From a virus: 64,000 nucleotides of DNA. Shown piece by piece: positions 1 to 12,600 of the stretch (the stretch's first letter is position 1; each line of letters opens with the position of its first letter). Location: positions 32,001 to 96,000 of the IMG/VR virus record IMGVR_UViG_3300026512_000003; one strand, 5' to 3'. A program made the position numbers and the translations under genes. The notes beneath the pieces were generated by a model, which saw only the letters and a list, made by a program, of their open reading frames with translations, did not search any database and was not told the origin of the DNA.

Positions 1-2
1 TT

Positions 3-371
3 TCTATAATTGCAGGAATAGAAGCTAATGGTAGGGCTTTTACGAGAATCCCGTTGGCAAATTGTGGACTAAAAATTAGAAAAAATAAGGTAGGGCTAGG
101 GGTTCTTTCTATTGAAGGACAAGTGACGATGCAACACGCTATAGGCGAAGTGTTATACCCAGCTAGGACAATATTAGCAAGTAAGCGAAGTCATTTTGAT
201 ATAATTTCAGATAGTGAGAGCTGGACTTTAAATGGTCCGATGATTGCTGAATACAATCAAGGACAATCTGACCTTAAGAGACCAACTGTTATGTTTTCTT
301 GGGAAAACAGAGAAACTTTAGAAGCTAAGGTTTCTACAATGACGGCATCAAGATTGTCAGAAGAAGAATAA
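3..371 (+). CDS. 5'-truncated hypothetical phage protein (possibly tail/baseplate)
   Basis: The frame of ORF 54..371 is open back to position 3, so the true start lies outside the window. It is followed by an AAGGA RBS for the next gene. Confidence 0.6.
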   Translation, partial: SIIAGIEANGRAFTRIPLANCGLKIRKNKVGLGVLSIEGQVTMQHAIGEVLYPARTILASKRSHFDIISDSESWTLNGPMIAEYNQGQSDLKRPTVMFSWENRETLEAKVSTMTASRLSEEE

Positions 372-383
372 AGGATAATATAG

Positions 384-3300
384 ATGGGTAATTTTAAACA
401 AGAACTAATGAATGAAGAAAAAATAGATAATTTATATTCAAATATTACAACATCTTCTGATTTTCTAACAGAAAAAATAGATATTATAGGGGCAAGAACG
501 AGCGATTCTTCATCGTTAGTTATTAATATTGGAGATGGAGAGGTTTTTCCTGTAACTGGGGAACTTCTTGAGAAATGGTCAAAAACGGCTGACTTTATAG
601 GATATTATCCATATTTATTAGATAAATCATGGGAAACCTTCCTTAAAGTATATGAAGGCTTAACACTAAAAGATTCTTTAAAGGAAGATGAAGTAGCTAT
701 GCTAAATACTCTTTCCCTTAAGACTTTGCAAATCAGAAATTTTATTGAAAGAAATAAAATGTCTTTAGGTGGGACAGATTTAGACTCGTATCTTGGTGTA
801 TTATACAGTCAAGCTATAGATTTTCATTCTGGTATTTCTTATGAAAACAATATGTTAAAAAAACAACTATCATCTTTTAATTTAATTAAAATCTCAAGAG
901 AAAAAGCGATAGTAGCTTTTATAGAAAATAAATTAAAACTGGTGGTCCATACTAGTAGATTAAGAGATGATTTTAATGGCATGATAGAGTTTGGAATATT
1001 TACAAGGAATGGAAACGAAAAAAAATTGCTTTTTAAAAAGAAACAATTACTTCTTAACGCTCAAGAAAAAGAATTTTTATTAATAGATATTCCTGAAGGT
1101 CTTTTTATAGGGGAAATATTTACTGAGAATTTTGAATCAAAAATAGATTACTATAGTCATCCAAAAAATAATTCTTTTGTGTTAAGAAACAAGACTCCAG
1201 AAAATATGAAAGTTACACTAAAGAAAGGTTCAACAGTCATGTTAGACCCTTTTGGTATTATAGAAGTTTCTTCTGGGGGAGTTGCAAATATTACGACATT
1301 GTTATCTACTGATGTCGATATTACAAACATATCTTCTTCTACTTCAGATGGATTACTTTTTAAAGACGAAATGAAGCTAGAGCACTATAAAGGATATTTT
1401 TCGCATGATTTTGATGAGATGATAATAGATCCGACTCAAGCAAATGTGCTTAAAGCAAAGTCTAGTTGCCTTAAAAGTAAGAAAATTGGATTTCGATATG
1501 CTAAAATAAATGGTGACTGGGAAAACGCATCTTATGTTGAATTCGGAGATGATGCAGATAAGGAAAAAGGTATAAGAATTGATAGCACAGATTTTATTTA
1601 TAGAGAAAATGAACTTTGGGCAAAGGCAAGCTCTGATCTTAATTTTGAGCAAGTGGTTTATACTAATAAAGAAGCAACAGTAAATGGCGTAAGAATTGAG
1701 AAATATTGTGAACAACCATTTGGAGAATTGTATAAATCTCAAGCAATGATTTATAAGAGAAATTGGCTAATTGAGAATGGTAAGGTAGATGAAATAATAG
1801 AAAAAGTGTTCTCAGTAGAGATAACATCTATAGAGAGAAGGATAGCAGCTGTCTGTGAATGTTCAGATTCTGGCAATCCTCCATTAGATACGATGAATGA
1901 TTCAAAAAACGAATATCATCCTTCAGAAGTCTCAACTTGTATTGCTTCAGAGAAAGGTTTTTTTGTTCATGATAAATTACAAGGAAGCAATAGATATCTC
2001 AACACTTGGCACAGAACAGCTTTGGGTAAATATTGTGAAAATGGATTTAAGATAAAAAGCTTTGGTGTTTATGATAGATTTTTTAATGGAATTCAGGAAC
2101 CACATTTTTTAGATGAACTTATATCCAAAGAAGAGAGACCTTATTCTAGTAAAAAAGAAAAACAAAATAGACATAATATATTTATGTGGACAGTCATTCA
2201 ACAAGACGATGGATTAGAAATTCTATTTGTTGAGCATAGTGATATTAATAGGCAAGATAATAAATTTGTCAAATTGGGATATACTGAAAGTAAAAATAAC
2301 TGTAATGATAAGTATGTATATACGACCCCTAAACTACAGAAGTATGGGAATATCTTAGGATATACATTACTTTATGCAAAAAATCCATTACCAATCCCTA
2401 ATAACCTTACTAAAACTACTTTGCTACCATCCACAACAATATCAAATACTAGTGTGGGCTGTTTAAATTTAGTAGGAAGTGCTACTTTAAATAAAATCGG
2501 AAATATGCAAGTTACATGTGCTTCTGTTCAGAAGCTATCATTCGGAACAGAAACACATTTAATTGATAATTTAGAGATAGTTGATTTCTTCTCAGAAAAT
2601 AAAAAGTATTTAGTATCAGCAGATGTAGGTGCAATTTTTGATATTACAGGGAGAGACATTGAATTAAATGAGGAATCTACAATAACAGAAATAAAAGAGT
2701 GCTATAAGAGAGGCATATCTGTTGTAAATGGAGATATTGAAATTATAGCTGTGTTCAATACTTCGGATCAAAAAGTAACTGCAAGTTATGAACTAAAGAT
2801 TAATGGTGAAAGCATAGTAAGTAGTTCACAAAAATATCCACGAATTGCTGAATATCCAAAAGATGCATATTCTCTAAAAAACACTTTTTCTAAAGATTGT
2901 TGTATTCCTGAAAAATTAGCACAGTTTCTCTATAAAACATATGGTCATGTTCAAGGTATTATAGGTATATGGCAAGAAGAAACGAGTATAAATGATAGTC
3001 TATTGCATGTTACCTCACAGCGACAATCTTTCGGATTTCAAGTGTCTGCAACTATTAACGGAATTTCTCCAGAAATTTGTTTTTGGCAAGTTTTAGAAAC
3101 GACAAGACATTTTAACACTCCTTATCTTATGAGTAAACAAATGTTAATTCGTAGTACAAAAACAGGACTTATTTCTCCGTCAATCTTTAATGATGAGAAA
3201 GATAATGGAATTGCTTTAGCACTAAGAAAAGCGATAATTGGGAACTACTCTTATAATTTTCAGCCTGTAAATTACAACTTGCAGGGGATTTGGACACCTG

Positions 3301-4109
3301 CTGTTGATTTTGTTTTAAAAAATGAAAAAATATTATTGTCTCAAAAATTAAAATACAGTCTATTTCCAGGTACAAGGTTGGGTCTAGATATTAAAATTGG
3401 ATTAACTAATACATTGTTTTGTAGTCAGGAAGGAAATCAGGGTTTACCAATTTATGAAAAAATTGATGGTGTTGTAACAAAAGATAATATTGTAAAAAAT
3501 ATGGTAAGTAGTTTTCAAAAAGGCTCTTATGCACACCATATAAAATATAATTTTCATATTGCTAATGGAAGGTTCGTTAGTAGGGAAATTATTGTTGACT
3601 TAGAAAGATACCCTGCAAAACAAGCTTATCTACAAAATAATGCTGTTCGTGAGCTGCTTAGTCCAGTTAGAGAAGATGCCTTGCAGAAAAAGTTAGATGG
3701 TAGTAGTGTGCTTGTGAAATTCGATACAAGAAGAATAGCAGATTTAAAACACACTTATTTCGATTGGTTTTCTGAAGCACCAACTGCATTATTGTGTGGT
3801 GAAGGAAATGATGAAAGTGTTTTAAACAGAAGCGATAAGCTGTCTTTATATAAAATAGCTAAGGATTCCTTTTCACCTGAAGAATGCAAAGAAGGTGCTA
3901 TCTTTTTTGAAAATAAATCTGATACAGAAAGAGAATTAACAATAAGCTTTAAAAATAATTTTATTGGCTATCTTAAAGATGATGGGATATGCTCATATTC
4001 ATTTACTGATTGTGAAGAACTTTTTGAAGCTAACATACTTTTTAGTGATAAGTATGGTAAAATAAAGAATTCAAAACAGCTAGGAAAAACAATGGGAGTG
4101 CAACAATGA
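384..4109 (+). CDS. large hypothetical protein (1241 aa), probable virion structural protein
   Basis: Long ORF with an AAGGA RBS; TGA stop overlaps the next ATG (ATGA). Beta-rich segments such as LRNKTPENMKVTL...MLDP; no catalytic motif recognised. Confidence 0.7.
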   Translation: MGNFKQELMNEEKIDNLYSNITTSSDFLTEKIDIIGARTSDSSSLVINIGDGEVFPVTGELLEKWSKTADFIGYYPYLLDKSWETFLKVYEGLTLKDSLKEDEVAMLNTLSLKTLQIRNFIERNKMSLGGTDLDSYLGVLYSQAIDFHSGISYENNMLKKQLSSFNLIKISREKAIVAFIENKLKLVVHTSRLRDDFNGMIEFGIFTRNGNEKKLLFKKKQLLLNAQEKEFLLIDIPEGLFIGEIFTENFESKIDYYSHPKNNSFVLRNKTPENMKVTLKKGSTVMLDPFGIIEVSSGGVANITTLLSTDVDITNISSSTSDGLLFKDEMKLEHYKGYFSHDFDEMIIDPTQANVLKAKSSCLKSKKIGFRYAKINGDWENASYVEFGDDADKEKGIRIDSTDFIYRENELWAKASSDLNFEQVVYTNKEATVNGVRIEKYCEQPFGELYKSQAMIYKRNWLIENGKVDEIIEKVFSVEITSIERRIAAVCECSDSGNPPLDTMNDSKNEYHPSEVSTCIASEKGFFVHDKLQGSNRYLNTWHRTALGKYCENGFKIKSFGVYDRFFNGIQEPHFLDELISKEERPYSSKKEKQNRHNIFMWTVIQQDDGLEILFVEHSDINRQDNKFVKLGYTESKNNCNDKYVYTTPKLQKYGNILGYTLLYAKNPLPIPNNLTKTTLLPSTTISNTSVGCLNLVGSATLNKIGNMQVTCASVQKLSFGTETHLIDNLEIVDFFSENKKYLVSADVGAIFDITGRDIELNEESTITEIKECYKRGISVVNGDIEIIAVFNTSDQKVTASYELKINGESIVSSSQKYPRIAEYPKDAYSLKNTFSKDCCIPEKLAQFLYKTYGHVQGIIGIWQEETSINDSLLHVTSQRQSFGFQVSATINGISPEICFWQVLETTRHFNTPYLMSKQMLIRSTKTGLISPSIFNDEKDNGIALALRKAIIGNYSYNFQPVNYNLQGIWTPAVDFVLKNEKILLSQKLKYSLFPGTRLGLDIKIGLTNTLFCSQEGNQGLPIYEKIDGVVTKDNIVKNMVSSFQKGSYAHHIKYNFHIANGRFVSREIIVDLERYPAKQAYLQNNAVRELLSPVREDALQKKLDGSSVLVKFDTRRIADLKHTYFDWFSEAPTALLCGEGNDESVLNRSDKLSLYKIAKDSFSPEECKEGAIFFENKSDTERELTISFKNNFIGYLKDDGICSYSFTDCEELFEANILFSDKYGKIKNSKQLGKTMGVQQ

Positions 4110-5698
4110 TTTGGCTAGATAATAAACTTATAAGTGTAGAGGAAGCGGTGATTGCTCACTGTTTTTCTAAAGATGGGTTACCATTAGGCACAGGAAGCAC
4201 TGGGATTGTATTTAGATATGACAACTGGGTGGGCTATATAGGACTTAAGTTAAATACTTTAGAAATAAAGACTTCTAGAGGAATAAAAACATTTTTAAAT
4301 ATTTCTGAGAGATTTTTAGAAAATATTGACTGCTTATCTAATTCAGAACGCTTATCTTCTGAAAAAAAAGGAACTTCTTCAGATTATGTTCCTGACTTAG
4401 AGAGTAATTTTATCCAAGAAATATTTTTAGAAAATAAAAAATTAAGTATAGATATTCAAGAGCTAGCAAGAAGAATATATGAATACAGCGATACAAGCGA
4501 TATTTATGAACATTTATTTTTAAACAAAGTGTTTAAAATGGGCACAAAAAGAAGTTTTCGAGAAATTCAAAGTAATGAAAATGTTTTATTTGATGGGAAC
4601 ATTGAGACAAGAGCAACGCTATTTACAGGTAAAGAAGAATATTATATAGTTAATGGATATATAATAGAATGTTTGAATGATGAAATTCGATATAATATTT
4701 GGACAACTCCTATTGACAGCGTAGATAACACATACTTTAGAGACAGCAAAGAACTTCCCCTGTGCAAACAATATATATCCGATGTCCACTTGGAAAAAGT
4801 AAAACAAAACAAAGCGTTTCATAACTCTAATTTTGATAGGAGAGAATTTAAAAGAGGATATTGGAATTTGCAAATAGGAAATCCTCTGTTGAATATCGGT
4901 TGGGAGTTTAAAACAAGTTTTATTACTGAAAATAGATGTTTAATAAAAGAAAATTCTTTAGAACTTCTTATGCCAAGCACCCCTATACACATAGAAGATA
5001 CTTCTTTTTTCGATTTAGCTCTGTTTATAGAAAATTATTCAAAGATAGAGCTGAATGATATAACTTTTGCATTAAATGATATTCTTTTCTTAAATATAAA
5101 ATCGCCTTCAGAATTTTATGAAAAAATACATAATGTAGTAGATAATATGGTTGTTTGTACAGAATTACAAAGAAAAAGATTAAATGAGCTAATACATCAA
5201 GTTAGAGTGCCATTGCCTATGTTAAATTATTTAACTTCTTTTGAAAAAATTCCTGAAAATCTTAGTGATTTTGTGATTATTCAAGCGAATCCAATAACAA
5301 AAGAAGCTGTATATTTTGAAGTTACGGAAGGTTCAAAAATAACAAGAGAAGATAACTCTATATTCTTTAGTATCTCAGGACAAAGTTATGGCTTTGAGGT
5401 AAATGGAAGTGATAGTTTTGTTTTATGGAAAAATTTCAAGAAAGATTTTAGGAATGACAACAAAGGGATTCCTGGTGAATTTTCAAAAAAACTTCGTGAT
5501 AATGGTAATGTTTCAAAGAGAAGAATTGCAACCTATAAAGATTTATTTTATGATACAGATGGGGTAGTAATTATGCTACTTAAAAAAACTGATTTACGCA
5601 TAGTGGTAGAGAATACTTATAATGCTTTTGCTAGTGAGTATATTTTTGGAACACAGAGTGGATATATAACAATAGACAGGGAGACACTATGGATTTAG
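4106..5698 (+). CDS. hypothetical protein (530 aa)
   Basis: Long ORF overlapping both neighbours, GGGAG upstream. Confidence 0.7.
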   Translation: MIWLDNKLISVEEAVIAHCFSKDGLPLGTGSTGIVFRYDNWVGYIGLKLNTLEIKTSRGIKTFLNISERFLENIDCLSNSERLSSEKKGTSSDYVPDLESNFIQEIFLENKKLSIDIQELARRIYEYSDTSDIYEHLFLNKVFKMGTKRSFREIQSNENVLFDGNIETRATLFTGKEEYYIVNGYIIECLNDEIRYNIWTTPIDSVDNTYFRDSKELPLCKQYISDVHLEKVKQNKAFHNSNFDRREFKRGYWNLQIGNPLLNIGWEFKTSFITENRCLIKENSLELLMPSTPIHIEDTSFFDLALFIENYSKIELNDITFALNDILFLNIKSPSEFYEKIHNVVDNMVVCTELQRKRLNELIHQVRVPLPMLNYLTSFEKIPENLSDFVIIQANPITKEAVYFEVTEGSKITREDNSIFFSISGQSYGFEVNGSDSFVLWKNFKKDFRNDNKGIPGEFSKKLRDNGNVSKRRIATYKDLFYDTDGVVIMLLKKTDLRIVVENTYNAFASEYIFGTQSGYITIDRETLWI

Positions 5699-8600
5699 AA
5701 AAGGGACACATACAAGAGGAAGAAAAATCTGACTTATGGGAATTAAGAAAAAATGCTTTTTTTGAAATGGTTTCATTAGGAGAAAATTTTACACAAAAGA
5801 GTAATCTTTCGAGCAAATTAAAAAATCTTTCATTGTATATGGGTAATGTAAGTAATACTTTTTTCACAAATACTGCCTTTAGTGGGATTAAATACACAAA
5901 AGAACACCCAGTGGTAATAAAAGAAGTAGTTCATATTGATAGTGAAAATTGGATTATTTACATAGAGACTCACAAAAAAAGAGAGTGTAATATTGTTATA
6001 GAACAAGATATGTCAGATATTAAAAAGTTTGCGGTTGCATATGTGAATGGACAGTTTTATATTACAGCAAAGGGTATAAAGAGAGTTATTGCTCTAACGA
6101 AAGACTTCTATACTCCTTTTATAGGAATTTCACTCAAAGAGCTATTAAGTTTTATGACAAATCGTTATAAAACAGAACCTTTTGCGTTAAAGGATTGTGG
6201 AGAAAATGCGTATCTAATAGATGCTCCTTATGAATTATTTGGAAAACCGACTGTACCTTTTAGGGATGAAGATAATGTGGGTGTGTGGATTTCATTCGGG
6301 ACACTTATTAAAGCTGAACTATCCAATCTGTCTAAAATTAATGTTGATGGTGTTCCTTTAAGCATTGTGGAATCAAAAAATACTTCTTCTGATGTTACAA
6401 TAAAAAAATTACTATCAAATATTTCATATGGCTATAGTTCTATTATTTTAGACAAAAAAGAATTTGCAAAAAAAGTGATGCAAGAAGGTAAAAGCATTAA
6501 TTTTGATAGCAACAAAGAAGATGGGACAAGTATATGTGTCGATAGTATACTAGAAACATTATCTTCCAAAGGAATAATGGGACTACTATATGATGAAATG
6601 GATATTGTAGAAGAGTTTCCAGTATATGCATACGATAAAAGACAAGGGGCGGTTATAGAAAAGTCAAAAACCGTATTGTTGTTTAAGTATAAAAAAGAAC
6701 AAATCTATATGTATCTTGATGATTCTTCTGAGCAGATGGTTTTTATGACATATGCAGGAGATGAAAAATTATATGAAAATGAAAAATTTCAGTATGAGGT
6801 TAAAATTAGAAGTAGTGTTTGGCTGACAAAATTAGAAAATATTAAAGAAGATAATTTTGTATTGTATACAGGATTTGGAAATCTAAAGCATAACAAGATG
6901 CTAGATATCTACTTTGACAATGCAGAAGAAGCGTTTTCCGACTTATCTAATGAGTTTGCCGTAAATGTTACTGAGTTTGATGATAAATATCGAGAATACA
7001 CGGCAACACCAAACACTTTTCCTTATAATGCTAAGAAAACTTTGATTGAAGCATATGGTAACAATATAGTTCCACTAGCTTCAGGGTTGATTGAATATAA
7101 GTTTGAAAAGACAGATGCGTATGGCAACAAATTTTATAATCTTCAAACGCAAGCACACCCAATGTTGTCTAGCTTTATAGATGTGAAAAGCAAATCTCTA
7201 AGGATATTAGAACCAACCATTAAGGCATCCGGCTTATTTAAAGAAGACATATCAAAACTATATGTTGATTTCTTTTTTGAGAAATACATAGATGAGAAGC
7301 TTTTTGGAGAAATATCAAGTGATAGTAGAACTATTAGAGATTGGATTGTAGCAGGAGGTTTTGACTATATAATTAGTTCAGCATATTATAACAATGGATG
7401 GACATTGTATAAAAAAGACAATAATGAGTATAGACTTGTACAGCTAGAACCTGTAAAAATCGAATATTTATCTTCTGAAAGTATGGCAATTTCATGTGAA
7501 GCAGCAGCGGAATCGTTAGTGGACGCAGGTGAAAAAATGTTGAAGAGTATGAGTAAAACTAAAGTTATGGAAGAGCTTAGTAAAATGAGTAAAGACAAAG
7601 CTACCTCTATTGTAACAAAAATATACACAAGGTCAGAACAAATATTTTCTGGTTTTAAAACTGAAGTATTAAAAAAGAATAGTCTTATTCCAAGTGTAGC
7701 TAAAATTGCTGATTATGATTTTTCTTTTAAGAAACACTCCGAAAATAATAATTATTTTATTAATAATAAGCCAGAATCTGAATTGCTTAACCATGCTATT
7801 CTTTACGAAGATGCTTTTAATGAAATTCAGAAGAAGTATGCAGATACTTTTTTACCTTTCAATAACGAAATCAAACAAGAATTAGGATTAGCTTGTCCAT
7901 ATTTTTTAAATATGGTTGCTAGTGTAGATGGTAGTAAAATAAAAGTGGATATAGCAAGTACTATGGCTGTTAATGTGGAAAAATTAGAAAGTTGCAAATT
8001 AGGCATAAGCGTTCTAGGGGATCTTATTTCAAGAGATGATAAGATACAAATAGCTGATGAGCTGATGTTTCCAACCGAAGCGTATACACAGCAAGCTAAA
8101 CTTACATACCTAGGTAATAATGAGATATTGGCCGATGATTATGAAATTTATAGATTGGAAATCAACAGAACTTATACACAAAAAGCTAAAAAAGCTTTTA
8201 CTAGAAGTGTTGAAAGCTCAATAAGAAAGATTTCTGAAGGATATAATATCGACTTCGATAAAGAAAGACAACTTATTCAAGAACAAAGTGGAATAGGAGG
8301 GGAGGTCGAACTCGAACTACCTGAAATCCCAACATCACAGCCAATTTTTATAGGCATTAAGGGGTCAAAATTGGTGATCTCTCTGGATGGCATTAGCTAT
8401 ATCGTCTCAGATACCAGCTATGGAGCAAAAAATCTAACAGCAAGAATAGCTCTCGAAGACAAAGAGAATTTTATAATTGCATTAAGAACACTTGCTTTAA
8501 GTAATCATAATTTTACTACATACGATATGCATTTAAGTGGCATATATGATGATAAAGATGTTTACACTGTTGATGTAAAATCAATGCATGTTGACACAGG

Positions 8601-8988
8601 ATTGTTTTTTTCAGATCATATATTTAAAGTAACTGTTGCTTACAGAGTCGATGATGGTCAGATTGTAGACAAAGAAACCGGCATTCTGTATGAAAAAGAT
8701 GCAATCTTTATGAAAGAATACATAATTGAATGTATCGAATATAATATAGACAATGAAAACGCAGTTGCTAGAATAAATATACCTTTGGATTATTATGTGA
8801 AAATAGAAAATCGAAATATTTTAGAGGAAACAGCTAGTAGTCTGATGAACAATAGTGCTACATATGAGACACGCTTAAATTTACCTTGTACATTAATGTT
8901 TCCTGGTGATGGTGCCGCATTTTCTTCTAAAAACTCGGCTTCACAAGAAGGTATAACTTCTTGGTTTAAATTTAACGGTGAGGATTAA
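5689..8988 (+). CDS. large hypothetical protein (1099 aa)
   Basis: Long ORF, AGGGAG RBS, overlaps the upstream stop. Confidence 0.7.
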   Translation: MDLEKGHIQEEEKSDLWELRKNAFFEMVSLGENFTQKSNLSSKLKNLSLYMGNVSNTFFTNTAFSGIKYTKEHPVVIKEVVHIDSENWIIYIETHKKRECNIVIEQDMSDIKKFAVAYVNGQFYITAKGIKRVIALTKDFYTPFIGISLKELLSFMTNRYKTEPFALKDCGENAYLIDAPYELFGKPTVPFRDEDNVGVWISFGTLIKAELSNLSKINVDGVPLSIVESKNTSSDVTIKKLLSNISYGYSSIILDKKEFAKKVMQEGKSINFDSNKEDGTSICVDSILETLSSKGIMGLLYDEMDIVEEFPVYAYDKRQGAVIEKSKTVLLFKYKKEQIYMYLDDSSEQMVFMTYAGDEKLYENEKFQYEVKIRSSVWLTKLENIKEDNFVLYTGFGNLKHNKMLDIYFDNAEEAFSDLSNEFAVNVTEFDDKYREYTATPNTFPYNAKKTLIEAYGNNIVPLASGLIEYKFEKTDAYGNKFYNLQTQAHPMLSSFIDVKSKSLRILEPTIKASGLFKEDISKLYVDFFFEKYIDEKLFGEISSDSRTIRDWIVAGGFDYIISSAYYNNGWTLYKKDNNEYRLVQLEPVKIEYLSSESMAISCEAAAESLVDAGEKMLKSMSKTKVMEELSKMSKDKATSIVTKIYTRSEQIFSGFKTEVLKKNSLIPSVAKIADYDFSFKKHSENNNYFINNKPESELLNHAILYEDAFNEIQKKYADTFLPFNNEIKQELGLACPYFLNMVASVDGSKIKVDIASTMAVNVEKLESCKLGISVLGDLISRDDKIQIADELMFPTEAYTQQAKLTYLGNNEILADDYEIYRLEINRTYTQKAKKAFTRSVESSIRKISEGYNIDFDKERQLIQEQSGIGGEVELELPEIPTSQPIFIGIKGSKLVISLDGISYIVSDTSYGAKNLTARIALEDKENFIIALRTLALSNHNFTTYDMHLSGIYDDKDVYTVDVKSMHVDTGLFFSDHIFKVTVAYRVDDGQIVDKETGILYEKDAIFMKEYIIECIEYNIDNENAVARINIPLDYYVKIENRNILEETASSLMNNSATYETRLNLPCTLMFPGDGAAFSSKNSASQEGITSWFKFNGED

Positions 8989-8991
8989 AAA

Positions 8992-9645
8992 ATGGATGTG
9001 ATGAATAACTGTAGCATAGAGCTAACAAACATAGAGAATACATCAGAGGGATTAAATACTTCTTCTGAGGGCATTGTTAGTATTTCAAATATAGATGACC
9101 AGAAAGGACTAGAAGAGCTTTTTAAAGAAAACGGAACATTTCTATTTCTTGAATATTTAGGGGAATTCCCAGAAATTAGCTTTGATTACTATAATGATGA
9201 TGTTGTTCTTGGAAATATACTAAAAATTAGTCCACTAAATACAGAAGTAATAAAACTTCACATGAGCTATAGGGCAGATACTGATTACACGCCTGTTGAC
9301 AAAGTCTTTCCAAAAAAATTTTTTCCGACATCCACAACAGTGAAAAATAAAATTTTACTTTGTTTTCAAAATAATGAAGACGGAGTAGGATTGTATTTAT
9401 TCACTCCTGTGAGTCAGCGATGTTTATTCTTTACTAGTCAATCAAGTGTGGAATTTAGTGATGCAAGAAAAAAGATTTTTATTTCTTTCTTACAAGACAC
9501 TAAGATATTAAATATTATTCTTGGTAAAAGAGTTCTTTTTTCGAGTAATGAAAATGTATTCGATGTTATAGATTGGAGAAAAGGAAGTAGTAAGCCTTTT
9601 TTAAGTAAAATATTCAACAAAACAGACAAACTATTTAACAGTTAA
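8992..9645 (+). CDS. hypothetical protein (217 aa)
   Basis: In operon, GAGGA RBS. Confidence 0.65.
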   Translation: MDVMNNCSIELTNIENTSEGLNTSSEGIVSISNIDDQKGLEELFKENGTFLFLEYLGEFPEISFDYYNDDVVLGNILKISPLNTEVIKLHMSYRADTDYTPVDKVFPKKFFPTSTTVKNKILLCFQNNEDGVGLYLFTPVSQRCLFFTSQSSVEFSDARKKIFISFLQDTKILNIILGKRVLFSSNENVFDVIDWRKGSSKPFLSKIFNKTDKLFNS

Positions 9646-9654
9646 GGAAACTAC

Positions 9655-12600
9655 ATGGTACAGATATTTTCAAATGATATTACTCTTGTGAGAAAAGAGT
9701 TTAAAAGAGCAGGTGATTTATTGGCTGCAACATTTTATTTTAAAAGAATTGTTGTAGGGGGGCATACTCCTATAGAAATTTCTTTTATCTATGATGGAAT
9801 TTTAAAAAGCTTCTGTAAGCAGTTGGATACCATACATTTGACTGAGTTTGAAAATGAAATTTACTTTAAGAATGATATTGTTTTTAACCGAGAGACTCTT
9901 TTTGAAGCTATGAGAAACAGTACACAAGTTCAAATTGTAAATAATAAAGAAATTTTTACTTCGCTATTTGGTATAAAGATAGAGCCTAACATAGAAGGTT
10001 TTACATTTGAGAAGACCCTCTTCTTAGACTCTTTTCCTATTAATAGTGGAAGGGGTAATAGCTATGGGGAAGGATACTTGTTTGTGTTTGAAGATTCTCT
10101 TGTGGGAAAACTAAAAAAAGGTTTTTTTATAGGAAATGTAGTTCCTTTTTCAATGAAAGAATTTGAAGACAAAGTGAATAGTTATGGAAAATCAAAAATT
10201 CTTTCTGACATCGAAATTTCCCAGAAAGGTAAAAAAACAATAATAAGTAACAATTCTCCTTTTGAAATAAAACTCAATGTTGGAAGTTATAAATTCAATA
10301 GACATGTTGATATACACAGCGTCACATCATACAAGTACGAAAGTTTAAATGATTTGGAGCTAATTTTACAACCTGGTGACGATATAAAATTAGATACAGA
10401 ATACACTCAAAAAGAAGAGATAGTATCACTTTTGGATAGGGAGTTAGTTATTCCTAAAAAAGAAATAATTCAGGGTACTAGTGAATATGAAAATAACTTT
10501 TATGTTGTCACAAAAAATCCTTTTGAGATAGAGCTTTTAGAGGTTCTTATTCCTTCACAAAGAGTAGAACCAGATAGTTATATTGCTATTTCTCAGTTTG
10601 TAGACATAGAGGATTTGGCGGAAACAAATCTATCAATCTTGAATAAAGATTCTAATTTGGAAAATATAGAGTTAACTAGTACCTCAGGAAAGCTAACTAT
10701 TATTGATGAAGTTAAAGTTAAAAACATTATTGTTGATGGACAAGCTTCTGTTTTTTCAACAGGAATAGATCTAACCTTTAAAACAAAAATGAAAAGAATT
10801 TTTTCATATCTAGGAGAAGATGAAGCAGATTATTTGGTAGAATATGCAAATAAACTAACCTCAAAAAGAGTAATTGCTATTGAGAGGAAGGTTATTTATA
10901 ATGATGTGATTTCATCTCCTATAGACACTTTCTCAGTAGAAATAGGAATGTTTGGGAACATAGATCGCATGCTACAAAAAGCAAAAAGTGTTGTCTACAA
11001 AGATGAAATAAATGAAGAAAAGCTTCCGTGTAAGAAAGTTGCTAAAGATTTTCTAAAGAGACTTTTGACTGTATCCTATAAGGATCAAGGAAAAATAAGA
11101 TTCTCTGCAAATGATATTTTAGAACACTCATCTAAAAAAGTATGCGATGTTCCCGTTAGTCAAACTGGAAATAAAGAATTAGATGATGCTTATAGTCAAT
11201 TTAACTCAACAATAAACAAGAGCGTCTCTGGATTCAGAATGGTTAATGTATCAAATTATATATCAAGTGAGGATGTAGCTACCGTTGAACCACTTTTAAC
11301 AATGAGAGAAGATGAATCTAAAGAGTGTAGAGAAGATTTTGTATATAAAATAGAAGAAAACTTAGCAGAACTAGGATTATCTTATTCTGTAGAACATGCA
11401 CTTGCCCAACTAAGAAAAGCGACCCACTTTTTTAAAAGAAAAGAAGAAGTTGTTGCTACTGTTAGTTTTGGATTGTCAATTGATAAAAAATGGTATTTTT
11501 GCGGAGAAGATTTTGAATTAGCTGAGAATGTTGAAAATCCCAAGGTTTCCACATTTGCTGAGGGAAAAATTATAGAAAAAGCTATATCCAAAGAGCCTGG
11601 AAAAATTTTATTAACAGAAAATAAGAAGTTTCTAGACAGTAATGACTGGGGGGAACACTATAAACAAGAACTTCATGACATGTACAAAGCGTTAGTTACA
11701 GGAACCATAGAAGATAGTTCGTCGGCTACACATTCTGGTATCAGATATTTTGTAGAGCATACAATAGATGCTAATAAAAAACTTACTCTTTCATATAAAG
11801 ATATTAAAGATAATTTTGCAGAAACCATGTATCTTTCAGAAAAAAATGAAATAAAAACAAAAATTCTTTTTCCTAATATTTTTGACATGATGGTGAAACA
11901 AGGAAAAATAGGAGACGGTTCTTTTATAGAAGAGACAAATATGCATACTTTTGGAAAACTTCAAAAAGAATATTATCAAAACTACAGAGATCTACAAATA
12001 AAAGATGCTTATGACTCTGCATATGAAGTTGGGCATAGTGTTTATGTTAGAACAAATTCAAATGTGTTAAAACAGAGCGTTTCTTTGTTTGCTACACAGG
12101 GAACAGAGTTGTTTGGACTAGAGATTAAAACTGATATGCCTGAAAAAATTTCCATTCATCAACGGGAAAATGTAATTGCGAACGGAGAAAAATTTGCATA
12201 TGGGTTAGAGATACTTTTAAACAATGAAAGAATTTCGCTGATTACATATGATTATCTTTCAAAAAAAGCAACAATAGAATTATCTGAAAATGTAAAAATA
12301 GCAGATTATAGTTTCCTTCTATTTTCTTTAGATATGCTAGTGAATAACTACTATGATACCTTGGAGGGAAAAGAAAGAAGTTCTTTAGGAGTGTACGATT
12401 TCTTTAACTCACAAGGTAGATTTACGAAGTCATATTTATTTAGTTCAAAAGAAAATATTAATAGCCCTTCGATGGTGCTTAAAGGTGTTGCCCTTACAGC
12501 TTTCGGTGTAATGAGATATCTATCTAAAGGAGAACAGTCATCGGTAAACGATTGCGAGTTTAAATGGATAGGTGACACAATTAGTGTTAAGTATAACGGT